DNA of 64,000 bases from Pocillopora damicornis (lineage: Eukaryota), in contig NW_020846635.1 in assembly GCF_003704095.1 (NCBI RefSeq), positions 186,001 through 250,000 of the forward strand, given 5' to 3'. The position numbers and the translations under genes are program-made. Numbering within the stretch: the stretch's first letter is position 1; each line of letters begins with the position of its first letter. Of this stretch, positions 37,979-50,100 are shown piece by piece. Under the pieces are notes generated by a model. It was not told where the DNA came from, did no database searches, and saw only the letters and a program-made list of their open reading frames with translations.

Positions 37979-40900
37979 AAAAAACGTTTGGACTTGTTTC
38001 CAGCTACTGCCGTAAATGCATTAGAATGAAAATAGTTGATGATTTTCAAAAGACTTCCTCTAAGCCGTTTCAGAACACAAGTCCTATCCTTTCCTTGGAA
38101 GGATATAATAGAACTAAATGGTCATGTCGAATTTGCGAGCGAAGGTCTGGATAACGAGTCGTTGTTAGTGGTGTTCAGCTGTTGCCTTCGACACATTGGG
38201 CTAGAGACGAAAAGTTGTTTTGATTTCACACTTAAAGGTAAATACAAAATAGAATTTTGCACGTATTTAAAAAAGAAAAAAAAAGCGGTGGAGTATCTTG
38301 TGAACTGGAAGGGTGTATGTGTGAAAAAATTATAGGTGATCAAACTTATGATACACCTCTAAACTGAAGACAACCACTATTCTTCTCCACGCCAGTTGGG
38401 TGAAAAGTTACACAAACGAAATTAAAGAAAACACATTCAACTAGAGACCAAAGGAAGGAAAAACTTAAACTCATGAAACAGAGGCGATTTTCGTGAAGTC
38501 AAAGATCAAGGTACATAAAATGATCTTAAAAAATTGAACAAGGTTGCCAAATAAACTAAAGACAGACTGAGTGTTATCTTAAAAGGTCATCTCCGTTATG
38601 TGGTTTTCGGGTCAGGTTATGATTATCTTTGAAGGCAATCAAGTCTGGAATAAAGATGGAAGATTGACGGAAACCCTGATAATTTTGACTGATTAACTTT
38701 AAAGTGAACCAAAGCCGTGAATACAAACTGTCACAATGAAGAGGACAATGAAGCTCAAATGTATTTCAAAGCCTGGAATTTGGCGAGCCTCCAGTTTCCG
38801 CAAAAGTTCTAGACAGGTCCTTAGCTGGGTTGTTCACTCGTCTTTCAACTAATAACACTGACACTTGTCGCATTTGACAAGAAGTTCAATATCCCTTTAC
38901 TGCAACTCTGTATGGCGACAAGGGAAACGATTTTTATGGGAGTTAGGTGAGGATGGAGAAATTAAGCGGTGAGGCAAACAGGAATTCCTTAACAGGCCCG
39001 AGCATTGGCATAAACTCAGTAGTTGCACAGCTGAGTGTCTGGCGCAGAGTCGTACAACATTCGTAAATATCAACATTTCGAACACTCGACGTAATGTGAA
39101 TAATGGAGAATGAACAATCAGCGATATTGACGAGGAAATTCAGTACACGTTTCCGGCAGATTTCTCGCAAACCCACCAAAACATGGACAATAAAAACATG
39201 TTGTGAATGAAGTTCGCCCTACGCACAAACAGTAAAAACCCTTGCCAAATCAATTGTAACCAAATTACGGTCCAATTAATGTTTACATTAGTGGCTGGGC
39301 GATGGGCCAGTTCTTGAACGATATGTCAAGCTCTTGTCTTAAGCTTTGCCCAGAATGTCTGGAGGCTGGCGGGGATTTTCGGTTGAAATTATCCCTATTT
39401 TCAACCTATCATCACAAAAATCTTCTTCGGGTGAAACCTTTTGGCCTTTGTAGCGGTGTAAATTACCATTATCAATACATACTTTTTATCTGTTTTAACT
39501 TGTAGGGCATGTAGTGCATTGATAGCAGATTTAACTAAGACATCTTAACCTAAGCTAAACAAGATAAAAGTACAATACAAGAGTCGTCCAAAGACGCCGG
39601 CAAAATTTAGATAGTATGAGTGTAATCTTGACTGGTAAACTAAATTGACCTGTTCCTCAATCTGAAAAGTTTGGATCAACGGTAATACTTCGTTCTTCGT
39701 CTGATTAGAAATAACGGAGAACTACATGTTGCAAAAAACTTTTCGATCTATGATCAAATGAACCATCAGTTTTTGAAGAACAAGTTATAACAAATGTTAT
39801 AATGATTAGAGAAAATAAACAGTTGTTTGAAAGATCGAGAGAAAAGATACGTGTGAAGGTACAACAGATTAGCTGTTACTTCCTATTTTGTGATAATTTA
39901 ATTTGAGACGCAAACGACCCTAATGACGCAGCTAAACTTCAAAACGTCCTCCTTTGCGTGACTTAAGCTAAGTTGAAATAAACGCGAACCTTCAGCAAAC
40001 GAGTGTGTATCTAAAGAGAGTGTAAAGAAAAGAAAGTCCGAGAACAATTAAACTTGTTTTTTTTTTTTTTGTAATCGCCTAATCTCCTTTATATGTCGTG
40101 AAAAGCAATCCACAAGTTAGCTAATAGAGCTCTTTTCGATTGAGTGTCCAAAAAAAAAAAACCCCGAAGCCCAAGTAAATACAACAGCCAATCAGAGGGA
40201 AGGAACATTTCGCAAGGAGCCAAAGAGAACTAAAGTGTAAACAAGCTAACTCACGAAGCGCGGGAAAACGCGAGTGACCAAGTCACGACTGATTTTAGTT
40301 TTAAATCTGATTGGTCGATGGGATGGCGTGACATTTCCTGACCAATCAGACTCAAAAGCTTTCTACTGTCTGTTTAGTTTTCTCAATGATAAGCCAGATT
40401 AAAAACAATATTACACATTCCCTTCCCAGTAGTAGTAACTGAGACGGGTTTTTGGATGGGAAAATTTATGAGGCGATTATACCTTAAGTTATTAAAGGAG
40501 AGATAAATACTTCAAAAATCTATTTTCTTGTTATTGTAAGGCTGTAACAATTGTGAATTTTTAAAATTCTCTTTGTTAAGGCTATACGCGGCCAGTATGT
40601 CACATACTAAAACTAACCATCTAGTCAGCATAACGTTTTTTAAAGTAGCTAATATCATTCTACTGATATAACTTGTAAGTACAAAGTCTTATGCGTTCAA
40701 ACAAATCTAGCAGAGAAAAACAAATTGAAAGATAACATCACTTTATCTTGAAGAAGTATCAAGTATTCCTATGCATTTCAAAGTTCTTTCAATGATAAAG
40801 AAACATTGTCACCAGTGGTCACACATTAATCACTTCATCACTGGTAATAACACTTCAGAAACACTTGAAGCGAATTTTTATGTGCTTGGGCTCCAGCAGC

Positions 40901-41107
40901 GTCTCAAGTTGAGAAATATGGCACAATAGTCTTTGTCTGTACACATTTCCGTAGCCTTGATATCAACATCCTGTTACACAAACCCTACATCCGCCGGCTC
41001 GCTATCCGTTGGCATAAAGTTAGGCTTCTCATGTTGAGCACGAGAAGTGTAAAGCATCACAATCGAGCACCCTCTTCCGGTTTCCATGGGAAATCTTGAG
41101 TTGGCTC

Positions 41108-44100
41108 TCACTGTAGTACACACCCTGTAGAGAGAAAAACAAAGAAACAAATACAAAACTATATAAAAATGAAGACTCTTGTACAAATCGTTTACATTAC
41201 TTCATAGGGAAGCCTAGTGCACTTCTCTCGTCACAGTGCGGTGTAAACCTCTCATTGTACTCTCTGGTATTGTGGCTTGGTTTGGTCAGCCGCCCATTTC
41301 ATTAAATTATAAAACATTGCATCTACGTGTTATTGGTTGGCTGTTATCGCGCATAATTCACAGCAGCAGTGTCAGTACGCAGCAAATCTCTACTTTTTTC
41401 AGTGCGCTATCAGTTCTGTTCCATAACAGTTTGGCAAGTTACAGCACTTGTTCGCCTACACTTATAACTTCCGCTGTGGGTAAAATTCTAAATGTCGTTT
41501 GGTTTTCTTTACATTTAGATTGATTAAATAAACTGGCGTTGAACAAACTCAGTTATCTTCTCGTATCCTTCTTTCCCCTCCCCTCCCCTCCCCTGTTCTC
41601 CTGTTCCTCTCGTCTATTATCCCTTCCCCACTAGGAAATTATCAATTTCTAAGCCTGATTTGAGAATCCAAGATGGCAGCTACATATCTCGCGAAACTGC
41701 TTTTGCTCGCCGAAAAAAAACATCTACCGCAGCTTAAATTTTTTTTCTCGTCGTACGACGGCAAATTTTATAGCTTGGGCTACTCATTTTATTTTCTCTC
41801 CCCTTTTTTTTGTTCCTTGAAGTCCGAAAACGTTATTAAGACATGCTGGGGTTGTTTGGTATGGTATGAATCAATAACTCATGAAGTGTTCATTAGTTTT
41901 ATCATGTACAGTCTAGGTTTGACTTCAAACTGAGATGTTCTTCGGTGTTACAAGACCGGAACAAGAAAATTATGTAACCACATTGCTTGTGTTCAAAATA
42001 AAGAAAAACCTTACGCATTTTGGTTAATCGTTCTATAAGGTGACTATCGTTTGACACAAATTCTACCTTCATTTATACTACTAAGTGGAAATAACAACAT
42101 AACGCAAAAACAACAGCAAAGAAAACCAACAAAGAAGCAGGATAAAAACGCTCCTGACTCTCATTCTGAGCTATATTTTGAACCTTTTGTTAATCCACGC
42201 TCCAACGTTCGCATAAAAAAGCCCTTTTTATAGCGTCTCTTTAATATCAGACATTTTAATAACGTTGAACCTCTATCGAAAGCGACTTATTATTCTTCGC
42301 CACATCCCTTTTTTTCATAATTAGCTGAGAGAGCTTCCTGAGAAATAATTTGATTTGTAAAGAGCGTGGGAAAAGGAAAAATACCAGAGTCCATTGCGAG
42401 AATTTGCACCCCGGACCTTGGGATTTCGCGCTCCGATGCTCTATCGCTTAGCCACAGAGAACTCTGAACTGAATGTAATAGCCTTTGACACACATCCAGT
42501 ATACCTATACGATTAGCAATGTCGAAAGCAACTTGAAAGGATATAGAATAGAAAAGATGACAAATTTTGAGCTTAGTCGTGGAGTACATAAAGTTGATTT
42601 TGGTTATAAGTGAATTAGCTAAAGCATTGGGACGCCAAATCCTAAGGTCTGCGGTTTGATTCCTGCCTGAAACTCCCATTTTTTTTTCGCTTCACGCTCG
42701 TGAATAACATCTTTGTTCGATCGAAGATGGAGTAAAAATTCATCATCTCTCTAATGCTAGGACTTAGGATCGAAAAAATTTCTCCAGTAAAATTTTAATC
42801 TATAGGTTCATTTAATAAATTAGGCGTGAAGAAAGGATGTAGATTATTTCCTATTTTTAATTCTACATGACTACGTATCTTATTAGTATTAATTTAATTA
42901 TTTCCTAATTTTAATTCCATATAACTACCTATGTTAAAAAAAAAAAAATTTCAAAGTCGTGTCAAAAAATACTATGTGCTGATTGATTTTGCGATGCTGC
43001 TCCTGACTTTAACAAATTTTGAAAGTTTTACAGTCTTTTAAAGTCCAGGATCATGACTCTGTACCTTTGTCGGGCATTGTGGTACAGTAGAGATTTTTCA
43101 GGCTACAATGCCCGCACGTTCGCGTGATTGTTCAGACTGTTTTGTTGTAAATTTTTTTCAGGTTAATTTGTCAATTCCCTCCTAAGTGATAATAATATTA
43201 ATGCAGTTTATACCCTAGGGCATGAATATGTTTTGGGCCCCCTCGACTCGGGTTGAAATGAATTGTAGTCTGTGCCCGCAAACAAAAACTCTATTTTTCA
43301 AATAGGTTGTTCTACGCACCTCTATCACATTCCCGCTTCTCATACGTAAAGAGCACATTAACAATGATGTGCTGGGTTTTTGAAAGAAAGAAGTCGAACA
43401 TAAACATTTCCACCCAGCGAGGATTATAGATCCAACGCCTTTAATTTAAAAGTTAAATTTTCTTCTTATAATACTTATGGAAAAGTTTGGATGATGGGCA
43501 TTATTTCCTAACTTGATTATAAGCTAACCAGAAAATATTGGCTAAATCAACCAATAACGGAAATTTAATCAAGACAGTGGAACAGCTTACGTACGCCCTT
43601 CGGCCCGTCCGGTAAGATTCACCTAATTTCCTAGTCATGTTAATTTATGGTTAAATTTAGAAATATCTAATGACCTTCTCAGTTTTATTGTCTAGGAAAT
43701 GACCTCGAAAAACAAAAAAATCTTCTTATAATAACTTAGCCGGAATAACTTGCTATTTTTATCGCTTTTGGTTTGCAGAATCAAGCATAGTTGGAGGGAA
43801 ATAAGGGTAAAACCGCACTCGGATCTGCTATGTTGTGTCTTGGATTAGAGATTAAATTAAGAACTCTTTAATCTGGTGCTAAGATTATTTTCGCAGATTA
43901 CAGCGAGCTTTGGTATTGTGTGTGAATTCCAGAGTCTGATAAATTTCCATTTCTTCACGTACTGTGCCTGGTCTGCATATCACGAAAAAGATTTGAAATA
44001 CCACAAAAACATTCTTATTTTTTCTGCTAGGCTTTTGTTAAAAGCACAGATTTTTGCGTTCGAAATCTAGGATCAGTAAAAGCGACACCTGCCGTAGAAT

Positions 44101-47100
44101 CATTAAAAATCTGTTCCGGTTCTTTAACTGTTAAAATCTCTCCACAAGAGAGAAGCTTTGGGAATATTGGCAAATTTTCTTGTATTCAAACTGATCAAGT
44201 TCCTCATTCTCCTGGTAAGCGCAGTTTGATTTGTTCCAACATATTAACAAGACGTTAGACAAAGATCACAGTACTTGAGCCTCTGGACATACTCACTGAT
44301 TGAACTAAACAACAGATGTATTCAACATAAAATCTCTGCGCCAAAACAATATTACAATTATTTTCAAGCGAGGGTAGTTCAACTGGCACCAAACGACCAT
44401 AAATCGACGTTTGTTAATCATTTTATATCCTTCAAGGGTGCCATCAGTTAAACTAATACTTAAATATCCTTCGCTCTATTTCCACCAGCGCGTGCAATTG
44501 TTTACGTAAAGCTTTGCGTCAACTATGGATACCGAGTGGGACTGGGGAGATACGAAATATTTTCCTCGCTGTCTCTCCATAGGGCATGAAAGTGCAGGGA
44601 TTACGTGAATCACACGCGAGAACTCACGCTCTGCGTTAAGAAAGGTTAGCTTTAGACTACAAGTGAAATGCAAAGAGAAAGAAACAATAAAAGAAAATAA
44701 ACATAAAAGATCGAATGACTCGAACAACAAAACAAGGCGGTGCTTCATCCTCTGCATTTTAAAGTCCGTTGCTCGGGCAAAAGGAAATCGGGGAAAAAAA
44801 ATTAGGCGTCTGGCGAACACGAGAAGCACCTATCCCTACCGCTTGAAGTCACGACAATGACGCCGTGGAAAACGTCGATTATAAAATGAACCTTCATTTA
44901 TAATAAGAAATAAACGGCCTTTAACGGCACCGCTCTAGACAAATTCCTTCAGCATAACATGAGCATGAGATCATGTGACGGCAGCGTTGAGTACGTAGAA
45001 GAGAAACATTGGTAATATATCGTCGGTTTCCGATATCAGAATACGAAGAATTTAGCGACTTTACCTCTTCGTTTTTAGAGATAACGGCTAGGACATGTGC
45101 AAGGTTTCAAACACATGTGCAACGAGACAGATCTACTTATAAACCCTTTTTTGCTGTGGTAGCATCGTGATTTGCTCGGCGTTCTCAGTCAACGCCGACT
45201 TTCTTTTCACTAATGAATTTCACTCGCGCTGTGGAGCAAGTTCGGAACCAGGCCTGATTCGGAACGAAGGACCGTTTGTAACATAGAATTCATAAGGTGT
45301 GTTTACACTTCAGTTATTTTTCATAGTAAATATCAAGAACGCTAAGTGCAAAGTTCCATTTTAAAAGTCTTAAATCTTCAAGTCATTCCCAGCAGAGTAC
45401 ATGTCTGTAGCTATCGGATGTTAGCTAGACTCAGTACGAGTACAACAGCCTCTATATGGATATCGACTACAATTAAAATCTCAATTAAAATATTTAAAAC
45501 CTGTTGCCCATCGAAAAGAACAGCACAGTTTAACGAACACATTGAAAAGCTGTTAACCACCTCTGCTCAAATCTAACCTGGTAACCGAATAGGTTTGCTG
45601 AACGTGAAATCATTCAGATTTCAATGCGTTTCTCTTTCTCACGCGCTCTTTAACGTTGCATTTAAAACATTTGTGAAGGTAACAGAATAAAAAGGAAAAG
45701 AAGACCTTGTTTCAAGCAACGCTAATACAACTTGAACATGTGCCCTCAATCAGAACTCCATGAGTAGTTTCCATACCAGGTGTTTCAACATTTTTATTGG
45801 TACAACTCGCACACATCTGCAGAACTCGTTCAAAAGTAATTACAAGAAACAGAAACTGCATCAATCGATCATGTACCGGACACAAATGGACTTGAATCTA
45901 ATCCAAACAGTGAAACAATTAACGCGCAAATCCTTCATGAATGTTTCTATCAAGTTCACTCATTTACGTTCGCATTCAAGAGATTGAATTTCAGCCGTCA
46001 AAACCTGAAATTATCATTATGTTCTTTCGCAATTTACAACAAATAGTATTTTCCGTATTCTTCACACAAAAGAATAAAAAGAGATTGTATTGATAATAAA
46101 ACAACTGCCAGGTAAAAGAACAAACAAAAAGAAAACGGAATCTCTTGCAAGCAGTGATGCCACTTCATGTTGTTGTTTCTTCCGTCTGAAGTGGGAAGTC
46201 GATGTTTCTCCCCTTGAACTCGAAAGTGTTATCTTTCCGAATAATTAAACAAAAATTGAGACCAAACAGTGACATATTTTTTCCAGTTGAGCTTAATCTA
46301 CGTTACAAAAACATCCATTGTTTTGTAGAGAAACAAGACGGACGATTGTTATGGTGCTTATTTGGGCCGTTCTACATCAAGTACCGACATTAGATTTTCT
46401 AAAATGAAAAATGTATTTTCCAATTTCAAAATTCTATTATAAGAAAACGCAAACAACAAATTACATTTAAAAGTTAATCTGGCTAAGCTGTTATCGAGAT
46501 TTGAGAAGCGCGGCTTCATGTGTAAAGCTGATCGCTTTACATTCACACGAGGGGTTAAGTCAAAGTCCTTCGTCTTAAGAATTTGTACTTAAAGTTAAAT
46601 AAAAATAAACACACGTGAGAACAAGCTAGGGCACATTGAAATAGTTGCAATTTCCTGCTTATTGAGTTAAAAGAGATTGAAGTAACCCATAGTACAAATA
46701 AAAAGACGCTTTTATGAAAGCATGAACTAGTCAGGAACAAGAGATTATAACTTTTTGTCAGGAACCAAATGTTTTAGTGAACTACTTTGGGGTTTGCGTG
46801 ATATTGCCTTAAGACAGATCGACAATCATATTAGACCTGCTATAGAGGACACCTTTCGTCACTCGAGGAATACTCACGAGTCCATCAAACGACAGAAAAA
46901 GGAATGTGTGAGAGAGAAAGAGAGAGAGAGAGAAAATACCTTGCAGGTCATTGAAAGCTTCATAATTGCAGATATTGCAAATTTTCAAATCAAGACTAGC
47001 CTAAAAAGGATCAAATTTAGATTCTTCCAATCTGGCTAGCCTAAAATTTGCTTTAAAGTGAATACAAGTTTGAAATTGTATTAGAGAGACAGTTCAAGTG

Positions 47101-50100
47101 CGCTAAAGGGGGTATAAAGATGTAAATTATAGTAAGTCTATCACTAGATCTCTCTACTTTAATTAATTTAAACTCTGAATGAATTAATTTAAGGCTTAGA
47201 GCAGATAACTCCAACTGAGCCTAAGATCTGCTGAAACGCTGCCGAGGAAGTTCCAACATGGAAGACAACACCAATTAATAGAACTCTGATAATGAAAAAC
47301 TTTTTGTTCGGAGCAATTTGAACTGCTTGTAGAAAATAATCCGGATCTGTAGAGCTTTGGCTTTCCACGGTCGGTGATTGGTTTGGAAAATTCGCGCCAA
47401 CCACCACCAGATGTGAGACCAAAACCAATCGCGGCTTGGTAGCCCGCGTTTTCCCGCGCTTCACTCCCGTTACGGGGAGTTTTCATTGAATTTTGATTTT
47501 GATTTGTTCTAACAGGGTGTGGTGCCTACTGCGGTTTCATTATACGACCCTCAATTGAAACGCGCGTACAAATAAGTCAAACGAGTAAATTCATGTGCAT
47601 GGTTACTCAGTTTCTGGAATTTTGACTAACCCTAAACCGCCTAATCTGGTTCGAAGCCGCCGTTTTGGCTCGTCACGCAATGTGCACGGGCAACACATCG
47701 CGTTACAAGCGATAAAACGGTTGCGATGGACACTACCTCCTTTCCCTCCCTCCCCCCTTCATAAAATCAATGAGTTCTATCATTATCATTATCAACTTAT
47801 ACAAAAACTCACGTGGCTGTTCTTCTCCGACAACGCTGATTTTTTCTTTACTCAGCTGAGAGGTAAAAAAAAGTTATATTAGTTAATTCTGTTACTTCAC
47901 CATATATATACCTCTGGACAAATATCTTCCTCTTAAGACTGAGCACGAGTAAGGGACAATCAGAACGGGACCTAAAGTTGCACTCCATATAAAAACCCCT
48001 CCCACTCCACCTCCTCCATCCTACGGAAAAGAGACCCCGTGTGACATTCTTTCGTCTTCATGATAATACAAAATCTAAAAAAAAGAATCTTCACTGTCCC
48101 AATGAAATAGAGGCCCAAGTGGAACGAAAGTTATTTTCAGCCCAAGAATTATGAAATGGATGGACATGAAACCCGGCGAAATGAGCCCCTCTTCAACGCA
48201 GATTCAGTTCGGGCAAAATATACTCCTCCGACACTGAGCTCAACAAAAGCAAAATGCTTTAAAAAGAAATCCTATTTGAAAAAACACTTGGCCAGGTGAG
48301 GAGCAGTTAGCTCCAGGTAACCATGGATACTCCTGGATGAAGAGGGGCTCTATGATAGTAAAGTACTTTGCTCCGAAACATACTTCTGCATGGAAAAGAC
48401 CCCTATAACACAACACAATGACCATTGCTGGAGCGTCAATCTTAGCAGCTCACCTTAAGGTAAAGCTTGATTTCTTCAGCTCGTTTCATATACTTTTCCA
48501 CCTACAGATGCCGGCATACAGAAAGACAAAAAATGGTTTGAGGGGTAGAAGTTGTTAACTGTGTGTTGACAGTATCGCGGGATCGCATTAGTTTTGCTTT
48601 ACTTCTCTCCATTATTGGTTTGGAAAACTCGCGCGTCTCTCTAGACCACACAAATTCAAAACTGAAATAAACCGCGAAGATAATATTCCGATAGGCTCCT
48701 TCTCCTTGTGGTATCTTTTTCGATTACGATTTTGGTTTTAGTTCTAGGGCACTCAATCGATAGCGTTCAAGGAAAGATATCTAGTTGAGCTTTTAGTTAC
48801 GACATAACTTGCCTCTAAATGCACTGCTTCCTTGTACGATCCACGAGGTGTACCTAGAATATGACAGNNNNNNNNNNNNNNNNNNNNNNNNNNNNNNNNN
48901 NNNNNNNNNNNNNNNNNNNNNNNNNNNNNNNNNNNNNNNNNNNNNNNNNNNNNNNNNNNNNNNNNNNACCCCTTTATACTCTGTCAGCGACGACTGACCC
49001 CTTCTCCGTTCCCCATTTTGCGATTCCAGAGAGGATATTATAAAGTGGTAATCGAACTTCTTGTAGTGCAATTTTCATCTGAAATCATACTTGTGATTTC
49101 AAATTAAACTCGCGCTGCGCTTGTTCAATTTTGAAATCAAGCGTTTGAGTTCAGACCAAATTGTACTCAGGTCAATGACAATTATTTACTCCTGCAACGA
49201 TTACAACAATTTCGAGCGCAAATCCCGCACGCTTTGCTCATTGGATATGAGATGGTGAATAATCAAAGAGTCGCGTAGCGCCGAGTTAGCTATAACCAAT
49301 CTCGCATTCAATAAGTGCGAATGGAATAATTTTTTAATTAAATCTCATCAAATCCTGAATGTTTGGCTATTTGAAGGTTTTTTCGGCTCTGCAACAGTTG
49401 GCGTAATGCATAGGGTGACTCGGAATATGAGCTGATAACCGGAGTTGAGTGAACCAATCATAACACTAGAAATGTAATATTTAGGGGTTGAAAATTTAAT
49501 GAAAAAAGATGTTCGGAGTTTGATTAACCAATCAGAGCGCACTTTCAACGCTATCCACTGTTTTAGTATTAATTTAATGCATTTATCTTTCAGTTCTATC
49601 CTTCGTTCTTGACATTTCTGTCTCTCAAATATTCCGTTTGATCACAGTAGCAAACTTCGCTACCCTCTTAAATACCAATCCCGACTCGCTCATTTACGTT
49701 TTCTCGCGCTTCAGGCAGTTTGCCGGGTGGCCTTAATAATTCCTTTTAGTGCCGGTTCTAAGGCACCCAACCGAAATTTGCTTAAATGTACTTTTGCTAT
49801 TCAGTGGTTTGTAATTCAAATTTAATACAAAGAGAATGCTTTACGATCGAGTGTCGAATCACAACCGCCAATCAGAAGAGAAGAAAGTACCATGCGGTGC
49901 CAATGAGAACTCTAAGTAAAAACAACCAAACTGCCTGAAGCGCGTGAAAACACGGGGCGACCAAGTCATGATTGGTTTTAGTTTTGTATCTGATTGGTTG
50001 AGAGAGAAGCGCGAATTTTCTGGAACAATCACAAAGCACATTGTAATCCAAGATTACTTGCGACGATCAATTGAAAATTGCTCCAAACTAATCAGAGTTT

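Noticed and set aside
32175-40900. Short ORFs between GAS1 and the ULK3 3' end (e.g. 32175-32642, 35489-35875, 38036-38335)
   Set aside because: No domain motifs, no chain of phase-compatible exons, and composition typical of non-coding DNA.
40974-41186. 70-aa minus-strand ORF as a separate gene
   Set aside because: It overlaps the ULK3 terminal exon and 3' UTR in another frame; the CVLQ* frame explains the acceptor.
41673-41933. ORF beginning MAATY, like the ULK3 N-terminus
   Set aside because: The similarity is limited to five residues from a common CAAGATGGCxGC motif; there is no kinase sequence.
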